DNA of 34,012 bases from a virus (taxonomy: Duplodnaviria > Caudoviricetes): IMG/VR virus record IMGVR_UViG_3300017783_000100, positions 1 through 34,012 of that record, one strand, 5' to 3'. The notes under the pieces are model-generated. The model was given only the letters and a program-made list of their open reading frames with translations. It did not search any database and was not told the DNA's origin. Shown here piece by piece: positions 16,878 through 27,248 of this stretch (position 1 is the first letter of the stretch; the number at the start of each line of letters is the position of its first letter). The translations under genes and the position numbers were made by a program.

Positions 16878-17848
16878 TATAAATCTATTTTAGCTACTAT
16901 GGTCATATCTGAATCTCTTGATATAGGAATCGGTTGACCGGTTTTTGCTATTGCAATTAATTCGTTTGCATCATTATATAGCCCCACTGTTGTAATATAC
17001 GGAGAAAATTCTTCTCCTGCAACATTTTCGGCTATGTCTCCATTGCTACCACTTATAGCTGAAGGATTTAATGTATGTGTGAACTCTCCTTCTTTAAGCT
17101 TACAGTGGAAGTTATATGTATAAATAGGATGAGTTGATTTCCATTTTACCTCACCATTTATATAATTATTGTAATATCTAGCAACACTATCGTTTGCTAA
17201 TATAATTTGACCGTGGGAGTATATAATATTTCCTACTTTATCTTTGTTAGGTTCATCAGAATATTTATTTTTTAGAAATAAATTTCCTTCTCCGTCGTCA
17301 ACAATAGTTTCTTGATATCCGGGAATTCTAGGTTTTCTTCTTCTTCCTCTAGTACTCCCCGCACCAGATCTCCATGCTATTCCTGATCCATATAAAAAAC
17401 CTACATTTTCTACTACTCCGTTAGCATAGCCTGCTACTACATACTCTTCTGTGTCACTGTCTGGTTTAATCTGAAAGGAATCAGGCTGTATAGCTGTTCC
17501 GTAAGTATCTCTAGGAAGAGAATAAACAGAAACTATATCGCTTAAATCTCTTGAACCGCTGATATTGTAAGAGGATTGAAGAAAGTTTTCAAAGGAAGAG
17601 CTAGTTAGCATTTCTCCATCGGTAAAAGAACTGTAATATAGATGACGTACACTTTCGTATACTAATCTCCTGTCATAATTTTTATGAAGATTTCTAGCAG
17701 AGACTGTGTAAACTCCGCTACCGCTATAACCAGGTAAATTAACAACTCCGTAATCTGAGTATTGGCTACCGCTTACTGTCCAGTTCTTTTTAGCAGTATA
17801 TGTGCTTACATATACATCTTGGGAGTTGAATTTCTTGTATGTACTCAT
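16877..17848 (-). CDS. Baseplate/fibre-attachment structural protein (DUF3751-like C-terminus)
   Basis: C-terminal PYITTVGLYNDANELIAIAKTGQPI. Paralog of 17852..18859. Confidence 0.65.
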   Translation of the reverse strand: MSTYKKFNSQDVYVSTYTAKKNWTVSGSQYSDYGVVNLPGYSGSGVYTVSARNLHKNYDRRLVYESVRHLYYSSFTDGEMLTSSSFENFLQSSYNISGSRDLSDIVSVYSLPRDTYGTAIQPDSFQIKPDSDTEEYVVAGYANGVVENVGFLYGSGIAWRSGAGSTRGRRRKPRIPGYQETIVDDGEGNLFLKNKYSDEPNKDKVGNIIYSHGQIILANDSVARYYNNYINGEVKWKSTHPIYTYNFHCKLKEGEFTHTLNPSAISGSNGDIAENVAGEEFSPYITTVGLYNDANELIAIAKTGQPIPISRDSDMTIVAKIDL

Positions 17849-17851
17849 TCA

Positions 17852-18859
17852 TTAATAATCAAGCTTGATTCGTATTAATGCCTCTTTAGTAAAGTCTTTT
17901 AATAAAGGTCTTGAAAGTTTTGCAATACCTAACAGATCGTTACTGTCGTTGTATAAACCTACTGTTGTAATATAAGCTTGCGGTGAGTTAATCATTACAT
18001 CGTGTCTTAATTCACCTGAGCCTGTAATATTAGATGGGTTAGTAGAATAATTAAATTCACTATTTCTAACTCTTACAAATACAAAATTAGACGATACTGT
18101 TTCTTCAGATTGAATAGAACCTGAAGCACCTGTTGATATCGCGCTAAAGAAACGCTTAAGGTTATCTGAATCATCTGCAATACCTATACCAATTCCTTCA
18201 GGAGCATTTAAATTTAACGCACTAGCATTTAAAAGAGCTATTCCTACATCAGGTAAAAATTTACCGTAGCTTCCTTGATTAGTTGTATAACCTGTACCTG
18301 AATGAGCTGAACCGTTAGAGCCGCTAACTATTTCGAATACTCTACCTGCATCTACAAATGATATAGAAGTAATATCTTTACTGTTATCAGTTAGGTGTAA
18401 TGTATTACTACCGTTTGTAAGTTTTAAGTTAAAGCTTCCTGGAAGTAGTTTTTCTTTATATCTTGCTCTATCAAAAGAGATAGCAAAAAAGTTATCTTGA
18501 GCTACTGTGCCAAACGTAAAATCTATATCTTCATCACCGAATACTAAATTTCTATATTGGCCGTATATAGTTGAGGTTGGAGATTTACCTGCTTCCGAAC
18601 CATTGTAATTATCACTTCCATTACCGCTTTTATGACCGTAGGCTATAGAAAACTGAGTTGTTGCAGTTGTTGCAGTAGCCGCACCAGGGTTTGGATCTTG
18701 ATCGTAAACCTCAAAATAGAATTTACCGTTGGATGATGCTACTTGATTTGATGCTGTATGAAAGCTAGTTAAATATTTTGCACCATTAGAAAATAAAGGA
18801 GCAACTACTGATTCAGCACTTATTGAAATATCTTCCGGGTCTAATCTTTTAAATGACAT
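17852..18859 (-). CDS. Baseplate/fibre-attachment structural protein (DUF3751-like C-terminus)
   Basis: C-terminal AYITTVGLYNDSNDLLGIAKLSRPL and structural-module context. Confidence 0.65.
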   Translation of the reverse strand: MSFKRLDPEDISISAESVVAPLFSNGAKYLTSFHTASNQVASSNGKFYFEVYDQDPNPGAATATTATTQFSIAYGHKSGNGSDNYNGSEAGKSPTSTIYGQYRNLVFGDEDIDFTFGTVAQDNFFAISFDRARYKEKLLPGSFNLKLTNGSNTLHLTDNSKDITSISFVDAGRVFEIVSGSNGSAHSGTGYTTNQGSYGKFLPDVGIALLNASALNLNAPEGIGIGIADDSDNLKRFFSAISTGASGSIQSEETVSSNFVFVRVRNSEFNYSTNPSNITGSGELRHDVMINSPQAYITTVGLYNDSNDLLGIAKLSRPLLKDFTKEALIRIKLDY

Positions 18860-18865
18860 ATCTTA

Positions 18866-19525
18866 TTATTGATTTACTTTTACAATAGTTACCGGTACTG
18901 ATACTCTAGCTCCTGAATCTCTACCTACAACGGTAATAGAAGTCTGAAGTGTTGATTGAGAACCAAATAAAGTATTTACTGTAGTTGCTGTTAGGTTAAT
19001 AGATGTTCCTACTACTGTTTTAGAAACGTTAGTTCCGAGAGTTGTAGTTGAGTTAAGTCTTTCTGCTTCTTCTGTGTTAATACCTACACCGTTGAATGTG
19101 CTTAATACTCTAGCGTCTGCAATAGTAGCTGTGTAACCTCCGGCTTCGAAAGCTTGAGAAGAACCAAGATAGTTTAATGTTTGAGGAGTAATTGCAAGAG
19201 ATGCTCCTTGTTTAAGTCTGATAGATGTATAACCTACGTCTAAGATAGGCAGTTTAGCTGTACCTCTAGGAAGAGTAGTAACTTTATATTTTAAAGATTG
19301 AGTTTCGTCAGGAAATGCTTCCAATAGTGGCATATTCTCGATAGCTTCTCCGTAATACTGTGATCCAAGGTTATGATTTGGATTATATAGAGTATAGTCT
19401 ATCTCATCATCAGAAACTGCAAATTGTGTAATTTTAAAAGATCCGTCACCTCTTGCAAGTAACTCTCGTCCTTTTTTGGTTAAGATTGCATCTACTGTTA
19501 CAATCGAATTATCTAAATATCCCAT
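18866..19525 (-). CDS. Virion structural protein (DUF3751-like N-terminus)
   Basis: VDAILTKKGRELLARG..FKITQFAVSDD resembles the start of P2 gpH-type tail-collar-fibre N-domains. Confidence 0.6.
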   Translation of the reverse strand: MGYLDNSIVTVDAILTKKGRELLARGDGSFKITQFAVSDDEIDYTLYNPNHNLGSQYYGEAIENMPLLEAFPDETQSLKYKVTTLPRGTAKLPILDVGYTSIRLKQGASLAITPQTLNYLGSSQAFEAGGYTATIADARVLSTFNGVGINTEEAERLNSTTTLGTNVSKTVVGTSINLTATTVNTLFGSQSTLQTSITVVGRDSGARVSVPVTIVKVNQ

Positions 19526-19533
19526 TTCTTAGT

Positions 19534-19551
19534 TGTGTTTTATATAAATAT
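19534..19551 (-). promoter_or_regulatory. Candidate late promoter (ATATTTATATAAAACACA)
   Basis: Intergenic, 8 nt upstream of ATG 19525. Identical to 15113-15130. Confidence 0.7.
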
Positions 19552-19570
19552 ATTATTTTTACGTTTTATT

Positions 19571-20842
19571 TTAAGCAATAGAGCTAGAAGTAAATACATT
19601 TCCGTATTTATCTGTTTCTAAAATTAATCTTGATTCTTTTACTAATACTTTAGCATTTTCAACTAGTTCAATTTTTGTTGTACCGCTACCGAATTCAAAT
19701 AGTTTAGTTGGCTGTACAAGTTGTATATGTTGATTACTAATATGGTTATTATCTTTACTATTTATACCTCTGTCTGACAGGTATGCTCTTTCTACAAATA
19801 GTCTGTTATACTTTAAATCTGTTTTTTCAACTCTTATAAATTCTTGAGTATCAGTAGAACCTGAGATGAAAAGTATATCTCCGGCATTAACTAACGAGCC
19901 TGAAGAGGCAGTAGGTATAGGTTGAATATCTAATACTCTACCGGTATTAGCTGTTCCTGAAAGATTATACGATGAAGATACTAATCTAAATAATGGTAAC
20001 TCTTCTACGCCTGAATGGAATAGTTCTTGATAAACTCTATCCTGTTCTAGAGAGCTTGAAATTTTACTGTTTTCAACTACATTTGAAAATACCTCTCCGG
20101 TGAATGTTCTTCCAGTAAACGAAGGAGATACACCACCAAACTTTTCAGCATCAGTTTTAGTACCTTTATATCTAGAATTAACTAAGCCTGTGGTTGTATA
20201 ATTACTTTCAGGTATTTGAGCTGATGTAGCTGATTGTGCTAAAAGAGGTTCTATATTTACAGGGTTAATGTCTAGCTTATCTCTATCTGCAACTTGTCTA
20301 CTAACTGAACTTCTATTTTCAATACTATTTCCGATAAGAGGATTAAAATCATTGAGACTAAAATTTAGATTTTCAATCAATGGAAAGAGATAAACCTGTT
20401 CACCTCGGCTTTGTCCGCTCAAATTTACTTCATTAAAATCTGTATCTCCATCAAAAGTGGTGTTACTTGGCCAGTAAGCTATAAATTCTGCAGGTTTGAC
20501 TTTAAAGTAAAAGAATTTTCTCGGTTTTGTTAAACCTTCTATCGACACGTCAAATGTTGTTCTATTTACTACCTTTAATTCAAATGATTGAGTTCTACTT
20601 TCATAAGTAACATCAAAAGAAATCTTTTCAACCTGCTGTAATATATTTTCTATATTATAGTTACTGTCATCATCGAAAGTTTGAATTCTTTTAGTACTCA
20701 TACTAACTCCTGAAATCAGTCCTAGGTCTCTATTGTCTCTTTTTCGTGAAGGGGTATAAAAATCGTAGTTTACGTTTATAAACTCTTCATTTGCCATGGT
20801 AGCAAGAACTTGATGTGTCGCTAAAAATAAATCTTCTCTCAT
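19571..20842 (-). CDS. Hypothetical protein, probably virion structural
   Basis: 423-aa ORF inside the baseplate module with repeated SSS/SGS motifs. No family recognised. Confidence 0.55.
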   Translation of the reverse strand: MREDLFLATHQVLATMANEEFINVNYDFYTPSRKRDNRDLGLISGVSMSTKRIQTFDDDSNYNIENILQQVEKISFDVTYESRTQSFELKVVNRTTFDVSIEGLTKPRKFFYFKVKPAEFIAYWPSNTTFDGDTDFNEVNLSGQSRGEQVYLFPLIENLNFSLNDFNPLIGNSIENRSSVSRQVADRDKLDINPVNIEPLLAQSATSAQIPESNYTTTGLVNSRYKGTKTDAEKFGGVSPSFTGRTFTGEVFSNVVENSKISSSLEQDRVYQELFHSGVEELPLFRLVSSSYNLSGTANTGRVLDIQPIPTASSGSLVNAGDILFISGSTDTQEFIRVEKTDLKYNRLFVERAYLSDRGINSKDNNHISNQHIQLVQPTKLFEFGSGTTKIELVENAKVLVKESRLILETDKYGNVFTSSSIA

Positions 20843-20877
20843 TTTTTTAAAGTGAATATTATCCTTGTTTTCTTTTT

Positions 20878-23800
20878 TTAAAATTTACCACTACATGTAA
20901 GTTTATCTATTAGGTATCCTTGCTTATTGATTGTTATTCTCCCAGGAATGTCTTGAGAACTGTCTCCATCTTCTACTTTATTCTTATTATCAGAAGGTAT
21001 ATAAGCTGCTTGAACACTAGAATAACCCGGGGGGGAATAAACTTGTGTAAGTTCTTTATTTTTAAAGAATCTAACATTAGATTCATTTCCGTCTGGTTTT
21101 GCTGCTTCATATAACTGCTGAGGTGTCATAAATTTAAGTGGAATAATAAAATCGCCCTTAAACTTTACACCGTAGTAGAGTAGTACCGGGTCATTAATTT
21201 TATCTGCTGCATAAGTTAATTTTTCATTGCATATATTATCCCCGCTTAGGGTTTCAGAACATCGTTGTTCGTCTAAGTAACAATTTTGTTTTCTAACCTT
21301 GTTAGTACTTCTTCCTGTTCTAAGTACTATAGATGGATTTTGATCAACACCACCTGTAGATTTACCTTCGTCAACATTAACTGGACCTGTTGGACCAGCT
21401 ATACAATTGGTTGATGTAAAGTCGTTTATTGCTAAATATCTGATATGGGTTAGTTGGTCTGCTGCTTTTGCAGGTGGATCTAAATAGATAGTATTTACGA
21501 TATTTGCTGCTGTAAAGTCACCTGTAGGTGGAAAGCTAGTCACTCCTTTTGGGAGTCTATTCCACCTTTCTTGACCGTTTAGAATCACTAATGGATAATC
21601 GGTCTCGTAATTAACGTTACCACCTGAGGATGTCTTAGTCCCAATTGGTATTTCTCCACCTACTCCTTTAGTAAATAATCTAACATAGTACCTAGTAATA
21701 TTTCCATTTTCATCTTCTTTATCATTATCGTACTTAAAGTGCATTGAAGGTGAACGTTTTATAACTACTCCAGTACTTTCAGTCTCCATCGCACAGTCAG
21801 TGTGTAAAAATTCTTTAGCAGCTTGGCACGTTTTTCCTTTTTGAGCTGCTACTTCATCTTTTACAGTAATTGTAATTATACTACCGTTGGTAAAAGTACT
21901 TTTATTAAAACTAAAATTTTCCGGATCATTTATTTCAGTTTCACCTCCATTGTCTATTCTGTAGGTAAATTTGTAATCGTAGTTTACCTCTAAACCAGTA
22001 AAGTTTTGAGTTAAATCAACATTTGTCATCGACCTGTTAGATGTTTTTTGCACTTCAGGATCTTTAGCAGCTAGAGCACATCTTATAAAAATTAATGGTC
22101 TTTTACCTTCACAGTTAGGAATACCAGTATTCTTTCCTTTTATCGTTACAGTATCATACTGATTTAATGTGGTGCCATCCCATACTTCAATACTGGTAGG
22201 TTTATTAATTAATGTTGAAGTTGAACCGTCTGGGTTTTCTATTGGTTTTTCGGTGTTAGGTGGTTCTAATATAAAGAAAAGTTGAGCGCCAGTTCCGACA
22301 AAATCTACTAAATCTAATTCATTTCCTCTAGCATTACTAGTATCTTGAAAGTTTTCTTCAGTTACAAACCATACAAATTCTTCTTTATCATCTAATAAAC
22401 AAATATCGGTTACAGGTTCTTTTAAGAATCTGATATTATACTTAATAGTCGGGTAATTAATTTTCTTAAAAGGATTTCCTGTGTTAAGTTCACCATCAGA
22501 TAATTGAATTTCTGAATTTCTAAGTTCACCGTCAAATCTTGCTTGTTCTGCATTTTTAGTCTTTAAGCCGAAGAAATCTTTTAATCTTTCACCATCAGGA
22601 GTTTGTATCAGTTCGCTATAACTGGTAGAGTATTCTCCTGAGTTTTTTAATGGGTAGGGTAGCGGAGATGGCGTACCTGCTGAGGATATACTACCTGTAG
22701 CTACTCCTTGATAAATTCCTCCGTGGGAGCCTGAATATTCTCCTATACTTATTGAACCGCTATACTCCGGCTGTGTTACAGATACAGCTACTGATTTAGC
22801 TTTAGATTTATCTAAGATATGTGGTTTAATTATAACTCCGGTATCTACGGTTGATCTTGCAGGTACAAAATCTTTTATCATTTTAAATACAACGTTATCA
22901 AAGAATTTTATTAACCGTACAAAGTCTTTGACGTCATATTTTTCTGTAATATCAGCTAGAGCTGTTTTAACTTGAGCAAGCAAACCATTATAACTATCTG
23001 CTGTAAGATCTCTAGGGTCACCGATATAATCGTCTACATTAAATGTACTACCTAAAGTATTTACTATTAAAGCATTTAAGTTGTCAGAAGGTGAAAATCC
23101 TACTTCAATATTATGCAAATCTTGATTGTAAGTATCTTCCGGTTTAGTAATAGTTGTAAACTGAGATAGGGTACTACCGGAAATAATAGTATCGTTGTTA
23201 TCAGTTCTTACATTACTAGTTTCTAAAGAAGATTGAAGTTCGGTTCCGAAAAACGGTCTTTCAGAATTTAATCTACCACCGCTTGTCCTTATCTTCATTA
23301 TATTGTAAGGAATACCGAAACAGTTTATTAACGCTCTTAACCCTCTTTGAGTACCTTTTGTTTTAAGTAGGAAAGGTAAATTATGGTAAATTCTTTTATA
23401 TACACTTTTTTGATATAAGTCTTTTGGTAGAGTATCGAAAGGATCTACTACTTTTTCAGTAACAGTTTTAGTAGTTTGTACTTCTTGAGTTTCGAATTTG
23501 GTAGAAGTAGTAACAACATCTGGTGTGTCACTAATTACTACCTCTACTTCTAAATCATCAGCTCTGAACAGTCCAGATGTTATGGATGGGTTAGTATCTG
23601 TATAATCACGAGTTGTCCCTGCTCGGAAAAGAATTCCCAACCAGTTTCCATCAAAATCTCTAGCAGAAAACTCGAAGGATGGATTATTTAAAAAAGTATT
23701 AATACGATTATCTTTAAATGCAATTAGACCAGGGTATCTCCCCATTTGGCTTTTATCGTAGGTTCTGTTGCCTGTAAATGAAGTTTGACCTTTTTTAAAT

Positions 23801-25800
23801 TTATAAGGCCCGTAGGTTCCTGCTGGTACGACTTCTCCTGTTACTGGGTCAGTTCTATCATTAGAAAAAGTAAAAGTAGCATAGAAAATACCTAAAGTTT
23901 CAAATCTTTGTAAATTCTCTGGGTTGCTTAGCAGTTCTTTGCTTTCAGGGGTTAAACCGTTCGTAAAAACTATTTTTGGATAACCTTCCATTAAATCGGA
24001 AATCTCTTGTACAGAAAAGGGATAAGAAGGTTCAAAAAATCTTCTAAATTGAGCTGGGGTGATATTCTCTCTGTCAACATCAGGGTTCTCGAAGGGGTGT
24101 CTTTTATCAGGATCCTTTAAAAACCCTCGAAAAAATATTGGGTAATCTTCTATTGTTACCCTTGTATAAGAAGGTCTTAACTTTATTGCTAATCCTGTAT
24201 ATTCTCCTTCTGTTACTTCAACTGGTACTTGTATTTCTTTAGTACCTATAACCTCTTTTGTGCGAGTTACTATATTACCTGCCTGAACATTTTCGTTAAT
24301 ACCCTCTCCGGTATCTTGAGTAAATTCTCCTACAAAGTATTTAAATAAATCTTCTAATGAATTTGAAGAATTGTATAATTTAACACCTAAACTCTTAATA
24401 GCTTCTTCTACTAAATCTCTAGATACACCAACATTTAGTCTGTTGTCTGCATTATACTTATCTGATACAGCTTTTGAATAAATCCATAGATTATCAAAGT
24501 GCTGTGCGATCATCTGAACAAATAATGTATACTGAGCGTTATTATCATCTTCTCTGATGAAAGCCGGTATAGTATTTGTTAAAGCATTAAAGTTAGAAAC
24601 ATCATAATTATTTGCAGCAGTTCTTTGGCTAGTAAACCAAGTAATAGCTTCAGAATTTGAAGATTCTAAATTTACATAAGGCTTTTTGCCGTTAGCTTTC
24701 GGCCAAGAGTTAGAACCGCTTTCAAAGTATAAAAATCTTTCGTAATGATCGAAGTTATTAACTATACCTTCAATTAAATTTTCATAGTACTGTTTATCGC
24801 TTGTAACCCCGCTACTACCAAGTTCGCTATTAATATTCTGAATACTAGAAGAGTAGTTATTTAAAAGATCTAATTTATACTTAAAGTTAATTAACCTTTC
24901 TTCAGCAGATGAAAAGTGAATAAAGTCTTCGTAGTTTGTATGATCTATAGATAACTCTGCTCCTTTTTCGTTAAATAGAGAATATACTTGATAGTTTGAA
25001 TTATCTACTGAGTAGCTAAATAGCTCATCATAGTTAAAATACTGTGAAGGAGTAGAAGTATTATCTTCTAAATCTATATTAAAGTTAGCTTCTCTTAATC
25101 TTGGAACAGTAGGTGCGTCAGGAGTAAATTCAGCTTCTATTTCATATGCTATAGGATCAGAAACGAATTCACATACATCTAAAGTAGCTTTTAAACCTAC
25201 CGAGATAGGAAGAGGTTCATATAATTTTACCGTTACTACTTCTTCTTCATCGCTATAATCTATATTAATACCGATAAATAATTCGTTGTTACCTAAATTT
25301 AATCTAAACTCTGAAAAGAAAGAAGTATCTTCTATCCTATCTTTGATAGCTAAAGCGTACTTTTTAAGGTCTTCATTTAAGATACCGGTAGAGCTAAGCT
25401 TAAGCTCTGTTCTATCATTTGATATCTCTTTGATGTAAAGTTTAGGTCCAAGCTTTGCTTCAGAGAATAAATTATTGAAGAATATATATAAAAGCTTTAC
25501 CCCTCCATTCCTATAACCGTAAGCTATAGCATCTTTTTCTGGATCAACTGAAATGGTAGAAGAACCTTCTTTACTGCCTCCAGAACCTAACTCAATCTTA
25601 TAGTTAGTATAGCTTGAAATAGATCTTAAAAGGGTATTACCTACTGTATATATATGTAATTCAGATACATGCTTTTGAGAATCAAATGCAGAATTAACAC
25701 CAAAAGATTCTATAAGATTAGTATCTTCTGCTGAATATTTTTCATACTGTGCAAGTTCTGTTGCAGCAGTAGGTATAACTTTATATTTATTATCCGCCAT
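20878..25800 (-). CDS. Large baseplate wedge protein (gp7/gpI-like core) with inserted and C-terminal accessory domains
   Basis: LTNTIPAFI..D, FVQMIAQHFDNLWIY, HNLPFLLKTKGTQRGLRALINCFG and IKDFVPAR follow the gp7/gpI-type pattern. Located downstream of gp25 and gp6. Confidence 0.68.
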   Translation of the reverse strand: MADNKYKVIPTAATELAQYEKYSAEDTNLIESFGVNSAFDSQKHVSELHIYTVGNTLLRSISSYTNYKIELGSGGSKEGSSTISVDPEKDAIAYGYRNGGVKLLYIFFNNLFSEAKLGPKLYIKEISNDRTELKLSSTGILNEDLKKYALAIKDRIEDTSFFSEFRLNLGNNELFIGINIDYSDEEEVVTVKLYEPLPISVGLKATLDVCEFVSDPIAYEIEAEFTPDAPTVPRLREANFNIDLEDNTSTPSQYFNYDELFSYSVDNSNYQVYSLFNEKGAELSIDHTNYEDFIHFSSAEERLINFKYKLDLLNNYSSSIQNINSELGSSGVTSDKQYYENLIEGIVNNFDHYERFLYFESGSNSWPKANGKKPYVNLESSNSEAITWFTSQRTAANNYDVSNFNALTNTIPAFIREDDNNAQYTLFVQMIAQHFDNLWIYSKAVSDKYNADNRLNVGVSRDLVEEAIKSLGVKLYNSSNSLEDLFKYFVGEFTQDTGEGINENVQAGNIVTRTKEVIGTKEIQVPVEVTEGEYTGLAIKLRPSYTRVTIEDYPIFFRGFLKDPDKRHPFENPDVDRENITPAQFRRFFEPSYPFSVQEISDLMEGYPKIVFTNGLTPESKELLSNPENLQRFETLGIFYATFTFSNDRTDPVTGEVVPAGTYGPYKFKKGQTSFTGNRTYDKSQMGRYPGLIAFKDNRINTFLNNPSFEFSARDFDGNWLGILFRAGTTRDYTDTNPSITSGLFRADDLEVEVVISDTPDVVTTSTKFETQEVQTTKTVTEKVVDPFDTLPKDLYQKSVYKRIYHNLPFLLKTKGTQRGLRALINCFGIPYNIMKIRTSGGRLNSERPFFGTELQSSLETSNVRTDNNDTIISGSTLSQFTTITKPEDTYNQDLHNIEVGFSPSDNLNALIVNTLGSTFNVDDYIGDPRDLTADSYNGLLAQVKTALADITEKYDVKDFVRLIKFFDNVVFKMIKDFVPARSTVDTGVIIKPHILDKSKAKSVAVSVTQPEYSGSISIGEYSGSHGGIYQGVATGSISSAGTPSPLPYPLKNSGEYSTSYSELIQTPDGERLKDFFGLKTKNAEQARFDGELRNSEIQLSDGELNTGNPFKKINYPTIKYNIRFLKEPVTDICLLDDKEEFVWFVTEENFQDTSNARGNELDLVDFVGTGAQLFFILEPPNTEKPIENPDGSTSTLINKPTSIEVWDGTTLNQYDTVTIKGKNTGIPNCEGKRPLIFIRCALAAKDPEVQKTSNRSMTNVDLTQNFTGLEVNYDYKFTYRIDNGGETEINDPENFSFNKSTFTNGSIITITVKDEVAAQKGKTCQAAKEFLHTDCAMETESTGVVIKRSPSMHFKYDNDKEDENGNITRYYVRLFTKGVGGEIPIGTKTSSGGNVNYETDYPLVILNGQERWNRLPKGVTSFPPTGDFTAANIVNTIYLDPPAKAADQLTHIRYLAINDFTSTNCIAGPTGPVNVDEGKSTGGVDQNPSIVLRTGRSTNKVRKQNCYLDEQRCSETLSGDNICNEKLTYAADKINDPVLLYYGVKFKGDFIIPLKFMTPQQLYEAAKPDGNESNVRFFKNKELTQVYSPPGYSSVQAAYIPSDNKNKVEDGDSSQDIPGRITINKQGYLIDKLTCSGKF

Positions 25801-26140
25801 TTTGAGCTAATTCTGATTCTAAATCGTTTATGGTTGAATTTGCTTCTACAAGCTGTAATCTAAGTTGTGTAATTTCATCTAAAAGAGGTTGAATTTCTTC
25901 GGTAGATTTTTCATAATCTACTAGTTTAGAACTCTCTTCTATTAGAAATGTATGAGAGTTTTCAGGCCCTTCTAAAGGTATTATATAATAGAGTTTATCA
26001 TATAATCTAAAAAGTTCTTCAACAGTATCGGTATCAACAGCAGGTACAGGTTTAGTGAAAGTTTTAAACTCTCTATCAACTACCTGATCGAATTGAGTTT
26101 GATCAAATACAGTTTTGCTAACTTTAAGATTTCTAGCCAT
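25790..26140 (-). CDS. Hypothetical protein with C-terminal coiled coil
   Basis: IQPLLDEITQLRLQLVEANSTINDLESEL heptads. Overlaps both neighbours. Confidence 0.6.
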   Translation of the reverse strand: MARNLKVSKTVFDQTQFDQVVDREFKTFTKPVPAVDTDTVEELFRLYDKLYYIIPLEGPENSHTFLIEESSKLVDYEKSTEEIQPLLDEITQLRLQLVEANSTINDLESELAQNGG

Positions 26141-27248
26141 TACGTACTACCTTAAATATGTTTTTATTATCGATGATAACTGTGCTACCGTCTAATTCGG
26201 TTTTAATTAAGATACGATAATATCTTTCCGGCTGCAACCCTCCCATATATACATCAAAGAAAGGTCCATTACTGTCACATGAAATTTTAGTAAACTCTGT
26301 ATCGAAGTCAACTATCATTTCTTCTGTGTTTTCATCTCTCAACCCCCAATATGAACCGGAAGGTAAAGCATAGTCTGTTGTGTACACAGAAGATGTTTGG
26401 AAAGCACGGGTTGGATATTTAGGTCTAGATATTACTCTAAATCTCTTTTTACCAGTATCAGCATACTTACCGACATTATTTTTTATATCAATAGTTGCTT
26501 GGTCGGTAGAAAGTAAAGATAAACTACCGGTATTATATGTACTATCATTCCATTTAAACTCTAGGTAAGGAGGGTAAATAGTATTTGTATCTCCTCCAAA
26601 ATATTTTAATCTTATAGAAGCTGAAGTATATCCTTCTAAACTATCCTGCAGTTTAAGTATAAATCCTCTATTAGTTAAAGAACCGGTATAAATCTGCTTT
26701 ACTGCTGATGTTACGTTTAATGTAAGATCGTGAGTTGAGTTTAGACCGTGATTTTGAGATGCTTCAACATTTTCTCCATTTGAAGATGTATACCAGTTAC
26801 CTCCACCAGTAGTTGCTCCAAAAGATGCTGTTACTCCGGTAACAAATGGTCCTGTCGGCCAAGCATTAGTTTCATTAGCTGATATATTTGTCCAGCTTAC
26901 GCCAGTTTTATTAGTTGGTAGATCTCCAAATTTGCCTGTACCGTTATCCCAATCGTTACCGTTGATATAGATAGGGTAACCGTAAACTGTGTAATCTACT
27001 GGAAGTTCTGATGCTTCTGCTAGATATAAATGTATACTAGAGCTAAAGTTTGTATTACCTATTTCATTATTTACTACACTATCAATGTCAGTATCTGAGA
27101 ATTGAAGTAGTATACGGCTTGTTTGACCGGTATCAGATGTGTTTGGATACCCTCCAAGCTCTAATATTTCGTCTTTACCTGCGTTTCCTAGAGGAGTTTC
27201 GGTGAAGATAAATGTATCTTTTTCAGGAAAAATTCTATATACTGCCAT
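26133..27248 (-). CDS. Virion structural protein with DNRLRE-like beta-sandwich domain
   Basis: PEKDTFI...NAGKDEILEL...SRILLQF...NRGFILK...PYLEFKW pattern. Coupled (TAATG) to gp6. Confidence 0.58.
   Translation of the reverse strand: MAVYRIFPEKDTFIFTETPLGNAGKDEILELGGYPNTSDTGQTSRILLQFSDTDIDSVVNNEIGNTNFSSSIHLYLAEASELPVDYTVYGYPIYINGNDWDNGTGKFGDLPTNKTGVSWTNISANETNAWPTGPFVTGVTASFGATTGGGNWYTSSNGENVEASQNHGLNSTHDLTLNVTSAVKQIYTGSLTNRGFILKLQDSLEGYTSASIRLKYFGGDTNTIYPPYLEFKWNDSTYNTGSLSLLSTDQATIDIKNNVGKYADTGKKRFRVISRPKYPTRAFQTSSVYTTDYALPSGSYWGLRDENTEEMIVDFDTEFTKISCDSNGPFFDVYMGGLQPERYYRILIKTELDGSTVIIDNKNIFKVVRNG

Noticed and set aside
21029-21035. G7 homopolymer as a phase-variation site
   Set aside because: The run is short and in frame (Ser-Pro-Pro), with no frameshift or other supporting evidence.
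23443-24270. Intein in the 1640-aa protein
   Set aside because: There are no intein splice-junction motifs (N-terminal Cys/Ser block, C-terminal His-Asn) and no LAGLIDADG motifs.
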